NCBI RefSeq assembly: GCF_001194135.2
Contig: NC_069006.1
Span: 9,478,326-9,542,325 of the forward strand
Reading direction: 5' to 3'
DNA: 64,000 nucleotides
Source of the DNA: Octopus bimaculoides
Lineage: Eukaryota
The notes below the pieces were generated by a model. It made no database searches, was not told the origin of the DNA, and saw only the letters and a program-made list of their open reading frames with translations. Within the stretch, counting starts at the first letter, position 1. Each line of letters opens with the position of its first letter. The position numbers and the translations under genes are program-made. Below, in pieces: positions 1 to 12,044 of this stretch.

Positions 1-194
1 ATATATATATATACATATATATATATGTATATATTTGTATATACATATATTATGTATTTATTTTATTTATTTATTTATATGTTTCAGCCAAGTGGCTGCG
101 GTCATGCTGGTGCACATGTATTTCTGTTGATTTTGGGATTTATAGCCCCCCTTTTTCCTTTGTAATCCCTAACACGTGAAGCCTTGTTAGGGAC

Positions 195-390
195 AGCAAT
201 TTTGGGGGTGGGAGTAAGTCGACTACATCCACCCCAGTACGTAACTGGTACTTATTTTATTGACCCTGAAAGGGTGATGAAAAGCAAAGTCGACCTCGGT
301 GGAATTTGAACTCAGAACATAAAGATGAACAAAATGTCGCTGAGTATTTTGTCTGGTGTTCCGACAATTCTGCCAGCTTGCTGCAACCTC
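195..390 (-). mobile_element. OK-like tRNA-derived SINE
   Basis: Matches the family core gaccc.gaaaggatgaaaggcaaagtcgacctcgg..gaatttgaactcagaac, which recurs at about 10440-11455, 20245, 27105, 31340 and 58780. Confidence 0.75.
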
Positions 391-1124
391 TAGACTAAAC
401 TGAGTGCAGTAGGAGTGAGGGTCGGAGGGAAGAACAAGAAGGGAAGGCAGTCCCAGCAAACTAACTTTTGAGTCCCTAACACACAAAGTCTTCTTAAGGA
501 GTGAAAATCATATTTTAAAAAAAATGAATTCAGTTTTGCAGCAGCTAATCAAGTGTGTTCACATAGGTGTTAAAATGCCTAGTCCCCCTCTCCCCCACTT
601 TTCCAAACTGGCCTATGGGAAGTCATGGGAATCTGAACACAATGGTTCAAACCTCAGCAGGAGCCCTGATGTACAGTAATTGCTACCATTGCCTGTTTAG
701 GATATTTTTAATGGAAAGAACTTCCATGAGATGTACCAGGATATGCCTGCTGGCATTTCTGCTTGGTTTTTTAATATAAAATCATGATTATACTTAGGTA
801 TTACTCTGTGTGTGTGTATGTGTGTGAGAGAGAGAAAGGTGCTTAAGATAGGGAGGTGAATGAACAGATAGATAAAAAGGTGTGTGCATATATATGTGTG
901 TGTGTGTGTATACACACACATATATATATCTAGCTGTCCATCCATTCATCTCTTTTGAACAGCACCATTTACATTGGTTTTCTTAATACTAATGTTTCAA
1001 AGAATATATTGAAGAGAAAAACAAAAACTGTGTGTGTTCCAGTGTTAAGATAGGTACACTCCGTCTCTGCATGATGTAAAAGGCAACTAAAAGGATTAGC
1101 AACAGGAGGGGCCTCCTGCTGTAT

Positions 1125-1520
1125 AATTGTTGTTGGCATCTTTTTGTCTCGGGAGACAATGGAGTTGTGCATAAACTAATCCAGTCTGGGTTTTTACATT
1201 TCATGTCCTCTCCAGTTTTGCACAGGCCTGGGCTAGATGTAAGAAAATCCTGGGTAGCCCAGCCGTCAGGATTCCTCTCTCGACCTTGCTGACGTAGTCC
1301 AAAGGAGTGCAGAGCATTATGTTTGGCACCAGTTTGGTTGCAGGAGCTGCCGGAAGAGTGTCGAGTCGAACACTAAACCACCTACGGGGCTCCACTCTGG
1401 ATTTCTTTGAAGGCTGTCTCCTTTCCATAACCCTGGATAGGGGCCCATACCTGGAACTGTCAGACGGAGCCAGCTGTGCCCAGGACTCATGTCAGGCAGT
1501 GTCATCACTCCCTGAAGTAG
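1125..1520 (+). mobile_element. RTE/BovB-type LINE 5' fragment
   Basis: Motifs gagacaatggag, tgtttggcaccagtttggttgcaggagctgccggaag and cctacggggctccactctggattt resemble 5' regions of RTE-clade elements as I recall them. No ORF is supported. Confidence 0.5.
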
Positions 1521-1945
1521 TGAAGAAAATCGCTAAACACAGACACACAAACACACACATATACAATATACATGACGGGCTTCTTTCAGTCTCCGTCTAC
1601 CAAATCCACTCACAAGGCTTTGGTCGGCCCGAGGCTATAGTAGAAGACACTTGCCCAAGGTGCTAGGCAGTGGGAATGAACCACGAACCATGTGGTTGGT
1701 AAGCAAGCTACTTACCACACAGCCAATCTTTTGTTTTGCTTCAGTCATTGGCCTGTGGCTATGCAGGGAGCGCCACTTTAAAGGATTTTAGTCAAATAAA
1801 TTGACCTCGTTTCTTAAAATTCTTAAGTCTCGTTGTACTTATTCTATTGGTCTCTTTTGCTAAACTGCTAAATTATGGGGACATAAACATAGCAACTGTG
1901 GGTGTCAAACATTGGTAGGTGGGAACAAACACAAGCAAATGCTTG
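1520..1945 (-). mobile_element. OR-like CORE-SINE fragments
   Basis: Reverse complement of the dominant SINE (ttctttcagt..ccgtctaccaaatccactcacaaggctttggtcggcccgaggctatagtagaagacacttgcccaagg). Confidence 0.8.
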
Positions 1946-2385
1946 NNNNNNNNNNNNNNNNNNNNNNNNNNNNNNNNNNNNNNNNNNNNNNNNNNNNNNN
2001 NNNNNNNNNNNNNNNNNNNNNNNNNNNNNNNNNNNNNNNNNNNNNNNNNNNNNNNNNNNNNNNNNNNNNNNNNNNNNNNNNNNNNNNNNNNNNNNNNNNN
2101 NNNNNNNNNNNNNNNNNNNNNNNNNNNNNNNNNNNNNNNNNNNNNNNNNNNNNNNNNNNNNNNNNNNNNNNNNNNNNNNNNNNNNNNNNNNNNNNNNNNN
2201 NNNNNNNNNNNNNNNNNNNNNNNNNNNNNNNNNNNNNNNNNNNNNNNNNNNNNNNNNNNNNNNNNNNNNNNNNNNNNAATCTTGTTCTGTGACACATTAT
2301 ACCAGTATCCAAAGTTTCAAAGTGTATAGTTAAAAACAAACTAATTAAAAACAATTAATTTAAAAAAAAACTAATTAAAAAATTA

Positions 2386-2783
2386 TAGGTGCACTAGTGG
2401 CTGTGTGATAAGTAGTTTGCTTACGAACCACATGGTCATGGGTTCAGTCGCCCTGTGTGGCACCTTGTGCAAGTGTCTTCTACTATAGCCTCAAGCCAAC
2501 CAAAGCCTTGTGACTGGATTTGGTAGACGGAAACTGGAAGAAGCCTGTTGTATATGTGTGTGTGTGTGTGTGTGTTTGTGTTTGTCCCCACCACCCCAAC
2601 ATCGCTTGACAACCGATGCTGGTGTGTTTATGTTCCCGTAATTTAGCGGTTCGGCAAAAGAGACCGATAGAATAAGTACTAGGCTTACAAAGAATAAGGT
2701 CTGGGGTCGGTTTGCTCGACTAAAGGCGGTGCTCCAGCATGGCCGCAGTCAAATGACTGAAACAAGTAAAAGAATAAAAGAAT
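2386..2783 (+). mobile_element. Full-length OR-like CORE-SINE
   Basis: tRNA-like head (gtggctgtgtgataag...gggttcagtc), CORE-like segment (caccttgtgcaagtgtcttctactatagcc), internal (GT)n and AAAAGAAT-type tail. Confidence 0.85.
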
Positions 2784-2955
2784 ATATATAGATAGATAGA
2801 CACACACATATATATATAATGTTAAGAGTAAACCCTGTTCTATGTGACACATTCTATCAGTATCCAAAGTTTCAAAGTGTTTAGTTAAAAAATCACTAAT
2901 TAAAAAATCTGTGCATGAGATGGAATAAACCATATATATATACATATATATATAT

Positions 2956-3338
2956 AGGTGCAGACGTGACTGTGTGGTAAGAAGCATGCTTCCCAGCCAC
3001 ATGGTTCTGGGTCCAGTCCCTCTGCATGGCATTTTGGGTGTCTTCCACTATAGCGTTGGGTCAACCATAGCCTTATGAGGAGATTTGGTAGAAGGAAACT
3101 GAAAAGAAGCCCGTCATAGCCACACATAAACATACATGTAGGTGTTTGTCCTCACCCCACCCCCACCATTGCTGAACAACCGATGTTGGTGTGCTTATGT
3201 CCCCATAAGCTAGTGGTTTAACTAAAGAGACCGATTGAAGTACCAGGCTTACAAAGAATATGTCCTGGGGTTGATTTCTTCAACTAAAAGGTGGCGCTCC
3301 AGCATGGCCGCAGTCAAATGACTGAAACAAGTAAAAGA

Positions 3339-3340
<2 letters not shown>
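2956..3340 (+). mobile_element. Full-length OR-like CORE-SINE
   Basis: Same head/core/tail as 2386-2783, more diverged. Confidence 0.8.
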
Positions 3341-3377
<37 letters not shown>

Positions 3378-3834
3378 CTTTCCCAGTTTCCATCTCCCAG
3401 ATTCACTCTGAAGGCTTTCCCAAAACTGAACCTGAAACAATGTGGTTGTGAAGCAAACTTCTCAACTACACAGCCACATCTGCACCTAGACATGTTAAAT
3501 ATCTTCACCAACCAGGCAAGGTATCATCTCTTCTCCTGGCACATGATCCCCATCACACAGACACACACTTCCAACATTAGATTCATTTAGCCATCTTCAC
3601 CACCACCACCACTGCTGCTCCCACCAGAGTTAATACATTCCAGATTCTGTCTTCACAGATGTCTCTTAAAACTGATTAGTTTATTTATGGGGGAAAGGTT
3701 CATTCAATGTGGTGGTTGTGAAGGGGAGAAGACAAAAGACCTGGAGGGGTGGTGTGAGAGAGAGAGAGAAGAAATGAAGGAGGGGAGACAGAACACCCAC
3801 TCACAAACTATTCATATAAGAGAGAGATGAGAAT

Positions 3835-4005
3835 GGAATTCTGCACACCCACTTCTTGCCTACCCTCCAGTGTTTAAATAAATAAAATCCCATTGCTATA
3901 GTTTTAAGTCAGCAACAGACATTCCATTCACATGAAGATTCGTCCTGATTCTTGATTCAATAGATCCACCATTTCTCATTGAGGCACATCAAACCACTCA
4001 CAGAC
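3835..4005. repeat. Local duplication, copy 1 (paired with 4572-4730)
   Basis: Shares an identical 29-nt core tcagcaacagacattccattcacatgaag and similar flanks with 4572-4730. Confidence 0.8.
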
Positions 4006-4054
4006 ACACAACCAAATAGGAATACAGTTTCATTCATAAGACCATTCTTAAAGA

Positions 4055-4088
<34 letters not shown>

Positions 4089-4399
4089 ATGCACAAATAT
4101 GTATCCATGCTTGCCACCCCTTTTTTTTTATACTGTTCCCACATTTTTCCAGTGGCCAATAAAAATACCTCCCTTTATATTCAGAGATCTTCGGTACCAA
4201 CATTGCATTTCATCCTTCTGGTTGGTTGGGTGTGGGGGGAGTGATAGAAAAATGTACCATGCATGCCAGTACTAAGGCCTGTGATTCAATCATTCATTAA
4301 TTGCTGTCATTTACTATTAACAGTTATAGGAAAGAAGCAGTTGTGTCTTAGAAGAGATAGTATAACCCACACACTATATATATTACACACACACACATG

Positions 4400-4435
<36 letters not shown>

Positions 4436-4571
4436 ACGCAAATCTTACAAAGGCACTGCATCAGCATGCATGCCCTTGTTTCATTCATGGAAGTGACCAT
4501 GATTAGACACAGCCCTGATAAGGTTAGTAGAATGAACACACACACACACACACATATTTTATAAATGTAGT

Positions 4572-4730
4572 ATGGAATTCCCCACCCTGTGCTTAAGTAA
4601 ATAAAACCCCATAGCTATGGGGGTTTTAAATCAGCAACAGACATTCCATTCACATGAAGTTTCCTCCTGATTCTTGCTTCAATGGATGGACCATTTCTCA
4701 TTGAGAAACTTCCAACCACACACACACTGC
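4572..4730. repeat. Local duplication, copy 2
   Basis: Direct repeat of 3835-4005. Confidence 0.8.
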
Positions 4731-4769
4731 TGCATTATGGGAAATGCAAAGAAAATACACATTTTCACT

Positions 4770-5215
4770 TGTTTGTCCTTTGACCACGGCCATGCTGTAG
4801 CACTGCCGTGGAGGGTTTAGTCAGATCGACCCCAGAACAATTTTTTTAAGCCTAGTAATTATTCTATCGGTCTATTTTGCTGTACTGCTAAGTTACAGGG
4901 ATGTAAACACACCAACACAAGTTGTCGAGCAGTGATGAGGAAACAAACACAGATACACACACACACGACAGGATTCTTTTCAGTTTCCATGAACCAAATC
5001 CACTTAAAGCTTTGGTTGGCCTCAGATTATAGCAGAAGACACTTGCCCAAGGTGCCACACAAAAATATATACATATATGATGGGCTTCTTTTAGCTTCCA
5101 TCTACCAAACCCACTCACAAGGCTTTGGTTGGCCTGAGGCTAGAGTAGAAGACACTTGCCCAAGTGCCACGCAATGGGACTGAGCCCGGATACATGTGGT
5201 TGTGAAGCAAGCTTC
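4770..5215 (-). mobile_element. OR-like SINE with partial internal duplication
   Basis: The SINE 5' half (ttctttt...caaggctttggttggcc...gaagacacttgcccaag) occurs twice in tandem. Confidence 0.75.
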
Positions 5216-5715
5216 TTTATTTCATAAATATTTGCCATAAAGGCATTACAAAGAGGGGACGAACAAGGACAGACAAACATAAAAGAGGTGAAGTAGCTGT
5301 ATCGATTAAATATTTACAATTTTAAATATATAATAAAAATTATTTACAATGTTTGACTGAAGTATTGCTCATTACAGATGCAATTTGTAATGGCTTTCCT
5401 GAAGGATAGGCATTGGACCACCAGGGTAGACCCCTTGCTTTTTCTTTCCCTTGTTTTTGGCTCCAACTTACCTGGTGCCAAACACTCCCAGCTTCCTAGC
5501 CACAGGCTTCCATCTTCTCATGAATCTGTCTCGTGACAGATACCTCTTCTCCAGCCTGATCTTACTACCGAGGTGGTAACAAAAAAAAGTCAACTAACCC
5601 CTGGCCAGATACAAAGGTATCCGTCACTATGCCTCTTACACGCGTCTTCCATACTGTTTCTTTCAGTATGGCTACTACGCAGGTACCACACAGCTACTTC
5701 CGCGCCTGTTTTTTG
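5215..5715 (-). mobile_element. Tx1-clade (L1-like) LINE 3' end, decayed
   Basis: Minus strand encodes ...VAILKETVWKTRVRGIVTDTFVSGQGLVDFF/..KIRLEKRYLSRDRFMRRWKPVARKL, resembling the C-terminus of Tx1-like ORF2, followed by a 3' UTR ending in AATAAA. Confidence 0.65.
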
Positions 5716-6055
5716 TTCAGGCCATGCTGGAGCACCGCCTTCAGTTGAACAAATCGACCCCAGGACTTATTCTTTGTAAACCTAGTACTTATTCTATTGG
5801 TGTCTTTTGCCAAACCGGTAAGTTACGGAGACATAAACACAACAACATCGGTTGTCAAGCGAAAGTGGGGGAACAAACACAGACATACAAACATATACAT
5901 ACATACACACGCATACACGACGAGCTTCTTTCAAGTTTCCGTCAACCAAATCCACACACAAGGCTTCGGTCAGCCCGAGGTTATATGCCCAAGGTGCCAT
6001 GCAGTGGGACTGAACTCAGAACCATGTGGTTGGTAAGTAAGCTACATACCACACA
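5716..6055 (-). mobile_element. OR-like CORE-SINE
   Basis: Reverse complement of the family consensus. Confidence 0.8.
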
Positions 6056-6859
6056 TACACAGATTCTCTGAAAAATACTGTAAATGGCTTTCTTGGGGGT
6101 TCGAATATGCCTGAAGCATACACTACCTCATTAGGACTAATAAAAATACAAACACTAAGAAATGTCATTTACAACTCTGCAACCCTTGTGGCAAATAACA
6201 GTTTGTTTACTTATTGTTTTCTTTAAAAAGCCATCCTCACATATTAGAAAGAGTGACAGGCTGTCACCGCCACTACCACCAACGCCACCACCATCGTCAA
6301 TACCATCTCCCTGCTTTTTTGACCCCAAGGTCGCTGATGTGTATGAAAATGGTGAGGTGGAGGGATGAGGGTGATCCACATGCCACCAATAAGTAATCAA
6401 TGACTCATACTAACTCCCAAGGAAAGACGGGGGAGAGAGAGAAAGAGAGAGGAGAGAGGAAGGTCCCCCTTCCTGAAGATGACAGTGAAAGTTTCAATAA
6501 AGAGCTTGTCGGCAACGCAAGGCGGCGAGTGTCCCTGTCGTTGGTTGTATGTAGTGTCTGTCTTTCTCCTCTTCCTGCTCCATTATTATTGTCAGCAATA
6601 GTAGTAGTAGTAGTAGTAGCAATAATAATAACGATAAAGCTGGGTGCAGTCCATTCACGCTTAACAGGAAGACATGGGAGCCTGAGCAGCAAAAGAAAAT
6701 TGGCGGGAGTAGGACGGGTCGGCGGAAGAGGAGACATTTTTGAGGAGGCTTTTGTGCGTTTGTTTTGGTTGTTTTATTTTCTGTGCTGGATTTTTACTCT
6801 GAGTAAATGGGGGATACAGTGTGTATGTGTGTGTGTGGCATTAATTGGATATACAGACT

Positions 6860-7260
6860 GGTTCACACCTTGAATCATGGCAAGAGAACTTCGACAGTGG
6901 AGAGGGAGGAGAAGAAAGAAGCAAAGAGAATGGGTGTAAGGAAGAGTGTGAATGATAAAGAGAGTGAGGGTTTACGCGAGAGAGAGGGAGGGAGGAAGTT
7001 GTGTGTGTGTGTGTGAGATGAATGGGAGTAGAGTTAGAGTATATGTAAGAGAAAGACAGGGAGATGGAAGTGTGTATGAAAGGAAGTATGTGTGAGAAAG
7101 AAAGAGTAAGAATGTGGTGAATGTGAGGGAGAGAGTGTAACAAAGAAAGGGAAAGTGTGAGAATTTTTGAGTGTAAGAGTAAAGAGAATGTGTGTGAAAG
7201 AAAAGGTATGAAAGAAGTGTGTTTGAGGGAGGGAGTGAGATATGCGAAGGAGATGCAAAA
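6860..7260. repeat. Purine-rich (+ strand) low-complexity tract
   Basis: GA/GT-rich sequence with almost no C on the + strand. Confidence 0.8.
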
Positions 7261-7329
7261 AAAAAAAAATTAAGCAAACATTGTTTTTTAATTACCCTAT
7301 AATCGATTCTGTGGATCGGCAGGTAAGAC

Positions 7330-7690
7330 CAGATAGGCTCGGTTATGGCCGTGCGGTTAAGAAGCTTGCTTTGCAACACATGTGGTTTCAGGATCAGCCC
7401 CACTGTAGCACCTTCGCCAACTACCAACTATTTATGGATGAGGGGGGTTAAACTATGCTTTTTTTTTTTTAGTGGATTTGGTTGACTGAAAACCAGTCAT
7501 GGAAATTTCAGTGTGTGTGTGTGTTTGTGTGTGTCACTGAATACTGCTTGACAACTGGCGTTGCTTCGTTTACGCCCCCATAACTTAGAGGTCCGACAAA
7601 AGAAATCGATAGAACAAGTACCAGGTTTAATATTTGTTTGACTAAACCCTTCAGAGCACTGCTCCAACATGGCCAGTCCAATGAAAAAAA
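7330..7690 (+). mobile_element. Diverged OR-like SINE
   Basis: Head ggccgtgcggttaagaagcttgc, tail gctccaacatggccagtccaatgaaaaaa. Confidence 0.65.
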
Positions 7691-8529
7691 AAAACAAAAA
7701 AAAAAAGTTTTTAAGTTTGGGTTATAGGGATCAAGGGATCGTTTCTGAACAGCAATTGGGGGGTTTGTACATCAATGCCTCATATTTCAAGATTTCAGGG
7801 ATGATTTTAATGTCTTTTTTCTTTTTCCAGGAAAATTTTAAATCGTGTGACACCCAAGATATCAGGACACTTGGGTTTAAGAAAGCTTAAGAACTCTGAC
7901 CGTCTTCGAAGACAATAAGCATACACACTGGCTGGCCGAAAGACTGAACACTTTCATCCACCGACGTGTAGGGAGTGATACAGTTCACAGTGGTCAACAT
8001 CATTTAACACCCTTTCTATGCTTACATGGGTCAGACGGAATTCGTTGTGGCAGATTTCTACAAGCGGATGCCCTCCTTGTCACCAGCCCTCATTTGTTCC
8101 AAACAAGGTAATATTTACCCATGGCTAAACATGTTCTTTCACAGAAGACTGGAAACGAACAACATTACTTGGATGATGATGATACTTATGACACATGAGC
8201 TTGTTCAGCTGGTCACCACGCTCAACAAAAAAAAAAAAAAGCAACGGTCAACCCTCTACAGCCATTATGTCTCCTTCATTGTCACTACAAATGTTCCCAC
8301 TTCTCATTTCAACAAACTGCAATACCAACAAAGTAACTCACTCAATGAATCCATTTCTTTTGTCAAGATGATTATATCTCACTCACCAAGACTAACTTCT
8401 TTTTTTTTTTTTTTCCAGTCATTAGCCATTTCGATACCAACCCAGCTGAAACCACCTCTGGTTCTGTGGTACAAATATCTTGTTTTCAAAAGTTCTGAAT
8501 TAAAATCTTCTGCCAAGCCTTAGTTATCA

Positions 8530-8758
8530 TTAACCTTTTAGCATTTAAACCGGCCATATCCGGCCAAAAGTATTCTGCCTCTTTTATGTTCAAACTGGCC
8601 AGATCTGGTCTCTCACACCAACCCTACAATATTGTTTTAAAAATTAACAGCTACCTCATCGAAATCTCATAGCTACAAGATAATGCATGGTTAGTTCAAA
8701 ACAATGTGGATGAAAAAGCATTAATTTTGGCAGAATAATGCGAACACTAAAGGGTTAA
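8530..8758. mobile_element. TTAA-flanked MITE (piggyBac-like ends), family A
   Basis: TTAA-CCTTTTAGCATT ... CACTAAAGGG-TTAA. Related copies at about 16027, 16256, 16646, 30860, 35163, 39320, 45660, 46288 and 52665. Confidence 0.7.
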
Positions 8759-8879
8759 GCTAGTGTTAGGAAAATAAATTGTGACTTAAGTTATTTTACT
8801 AAATTCTTTTGATATATTTTAAATTGATTGAAAGATACACAGAGCATCTCAACAGAAATATGAAAACAAAAGGGTTAAA

Positions 8880-9165
8880 GTGCAGCCATGCTGGGACATC
8901 ACCTTGCAGGAATTTTTTTTCCCTCAAATTAAAAAACCTGGTACTTATTCTATAGGTCTTTTTTGCCAAACTGCAAGGTTACAGAGACAAAGACACACAC
9001 ATATATACGATGGGCTTCTTTCAGTTTCCATCTACCAAATCCACTCACAAGGCTATGGTCGGCCCAAGACTATAGTAAAAGACACTTGTCCAAGGTGATA
9101 CTTAGTAGGACTGAACCCAGAACCATGTGGTTGGGAAGCAAGCTTCTTACCACACAGCCACAGCC
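8880..9165 (-). mobile_element. OR-like SINE, internally deleted
   Basis: Reverse complement of the family consensus. Confidence 0.75.
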
Positions 9166-10439
9166 TAACATCATCCTCCTGATTTAATATCTGTCTTCAA
9201 AGGAATCGGTTGAACAATTTGTTAGGATCCGATGAACCAGAGGATTGCATCAAACTCCAATGTCTTTTTTTGGCTTGTTTTCTACAGCTGGATATCCTTC
9301 CTAACACCAACCACTTTCCAGAATATACTCGGTGCTTTTATTGTGGTGCCAACACTAGTCAGGTCACCAAATAACTCAGAAAACACTCTTTTAATCTTTT
9401 ACTTGTTTCAGCCATGATTGGGAACTGCCTTGGAGAATTCTAAGTCGAATAAATCAACCCCAGTACTTTTTTTTTTAAAGTTTGGTACTTACTCTATTGG
9501 GTACTTTCGCCAAACCACTGTCACAAGGATGTAATCACAACAACATATTTTGTTTGTGAAGCTCAGGTGGGGNNNNNNNNNNNNNNNNNNNNNNNNGGGG
9601 GGGGGGGGGAGATAAACACATGACAAGCTTCTTACGATTTCTGTCTACAAGATCCACTCATAAGACTTTGGTCAGCCCAGAACTTTAACAGAAGACACTT
9701 GCCCAAGGTACCACACAGTGGAGATGAACCTGGAACGAAGTGCTTGGGAAGAAAGATTTTTACCACACAGCCATGCCTGCACCTTGAAAGAGTGGGGGCA
9801 CAGTATTGAAGGAGGTGGCTTTGTGCCAGGTGTTGAAAGGCATAGGAAGAGGTGCCTTACTGAACAGGAAATACATGGCTATCCCAGCAGGAAAGGGAAA
9901 AGCATTGTATAGATGGGATATCAGGGCATACCATCAAGATGCAAAAAAGGTGGGAAAAAGAGAGAATGGAGATAGAAAACTCAAGAATGGCTGGATAGGT
10001 AGGTTGATGAATAGTGTGAAAGAAGCAACAGAGATAGGGGTGAATGCAGCGACTGTTGAACAAAGGTGGACATGTACCAGATTTGAAAGAAATAAATGAA
10101 CCATCTAACGACACTAACTCGAAAGAAATAATATAAAACTAAACATCAATGTATAAAGTTTCACAATAATAATGATAATAATAAAAAGCACCCAATTCAC
10201 ACTGTAAAGTGGGTGGCATTTGGAAGGGCATCCAGCTGTAAAAACCTTGCCTGTACTTATGCCACATCAAAAGCATTAAGTCCACTTTGCTGAGTGGTTG
10301 GTGTTAGGAAGGGCATCCAGTTGTTAAAGTCCTGCCAAAACATTAACAGAAGTCTGGTGCAAGCTTCTGCCCGGCCGGCTCTTGTCAAGCTGTCCCACCC
10401 ATGCCAGCATGGAAGGCGGACATTAAACGATGAATGATG

Positions 10440-11455
10440 ACTAACGAGGATGATGATTTCAAATTTTGGCACACGGCCAGCAGCTTCAGGAGAGGTGGTA
10501 AGTTGATTACATCGAACCCCAGTGTTCAACTGGTACTTAATTTATCAACCCANNNNNNNNNNAGAAAGGATGAAAAGTAAAGTCGGCCTCAGTTGAATTT
10601 GAATTCAGAACATTAGGACAGATAAAATACCGCTAAGCATTTTCCCCAGCATGCTAATGATTCTGCCACTTGCCACCTTAAATGATAATAATCTTTTCTA
10701 CTATAAGCACAAAGACTGAAATTTAGGGGCAGGGAACTAGTTGATTACATCAACCCCAGTACTCAACTGGTACTTAGTTTTATCGACCCTGAAAGGATGA
10801 AAGGCAAAGTCGACCCTCGGTGAAATTTGAACTCAGAACGTCTAAGACGGCTGAAATGACATTAAGCATTTTGCCCAGCATGCTAATGATTCTGCCAGCT
10901 CACCACCTTAATGATAATAATAATGGTTTCAAATTTTGCCACAAGAGCAGCCATTTTGGGGAGGGGGTAAGTTGATCACACTGACCCCAGTACTTGACGT
11001 ATACTTAATTTATTGACCCCAAAAGGATGAAAGGCAAAATCAACCTCGGCGGAATTTAATCATAATATAATAATAGTAATATTAATAATTCTTTCTACTA
11101 CAGCTACAAAGCCCGAAATTTGGGGAACAAGGGTGAGTCAATTACATTGACCCTGAGTGCTGAGGGTTCAAAAAGATGGAAGGCAAAGTCAACCTTGGAA
11201 GAATTTGAACACAGAACGCAAAGCCAGAAGAAATGCCACAAAGAATTTTGTCCAGGGTCATATATTAATTCATTGAACTATGAGTATACAAGGCCTGAGA
11301 TTGTGAGGGATGGGGCTAGTCGATTACATTGACCTCAATGTATAACTGGTACTTATTTCCTTGCAAAGGCAAAGCTGACTCAGGAAGAATTTTAAAACTC
11401 GGAATGCAATGCCACTCAGCATTTTTCTGGCATGCTAAGGATTCTGCCAACTAAA
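10440..11455 (-). mobile_element. Head-to-tail array of about five OK-like SINEs
   Basis: The unit ...aaattt.ggg...gattacat.gaccccagt...aaaggatgaaaggcaaagtc... starts near 10440, 10690, 10920, 11085 and 11280. Confidence 0.75.
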
Positions 11456-12044
11456 AAAATAAACAATCCACATTCACTTTTCTATGCTGGCACAAGTTAA
11501 ACAAAACTTGTTAAAGCAGATTTTTTTTCTCTGGTCTAGTGCCTTTCCTTTCACCAACCCTCACCAGTTTCCAAATAAAATTCCCATGGCCAGACATGTC
11601 TTTTTTACTTAAGGCTAGAAACGAACAACCCTGCTTGTATGACAGTGATGCTCATTAAACAACCACCACATGATGTCAAAACAACAGTTAACTATCACAC
11701 ACACATTATATATGTGTGTGTATGTGTATGTATATATATATATACATACATATACAGTTATACATACACACTCAATCTTCTTTCAAATTCCAACAACCAA
11801 ATTCATTCACAAGGCATTGACAAATCCAAGGGAACAGGGAAAGATACTAGCCTATGGTGTCACATAGTGGGACTGAACCCAAAACCACATAGCTGGGAAG
11901 GAAACTTCTAAACCACATGGCCATGCTCCCATCTCTTCATATTTCCTTTTTTTTTTAAAAAAAAACACACTGAAGATTGAACAGACACAAACAATGAAAA
12001 TAGAAAATGAGTTTATGATATTGGCAATAGATGGCAGTGCTTAC

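Noticed and set aside
697-780. 'AEMPAG' as the next SH2B exon (expected LEMPD)
   Set aside because: The surrounding residues do not match the PH consensus. No downstream SH2B exon was found in 1-12044.
6470-6500. CTGAAGA...GAAA hammerhead-like motif on the + strand
   Set aside because: Stem II cannot pair and there is no stem I/III complementarity.
9806-10099. 97-aa ORF (MKEVALCQ...)
   Set aside because: No recognisable domain or splice context; probably a decayed retroelement.
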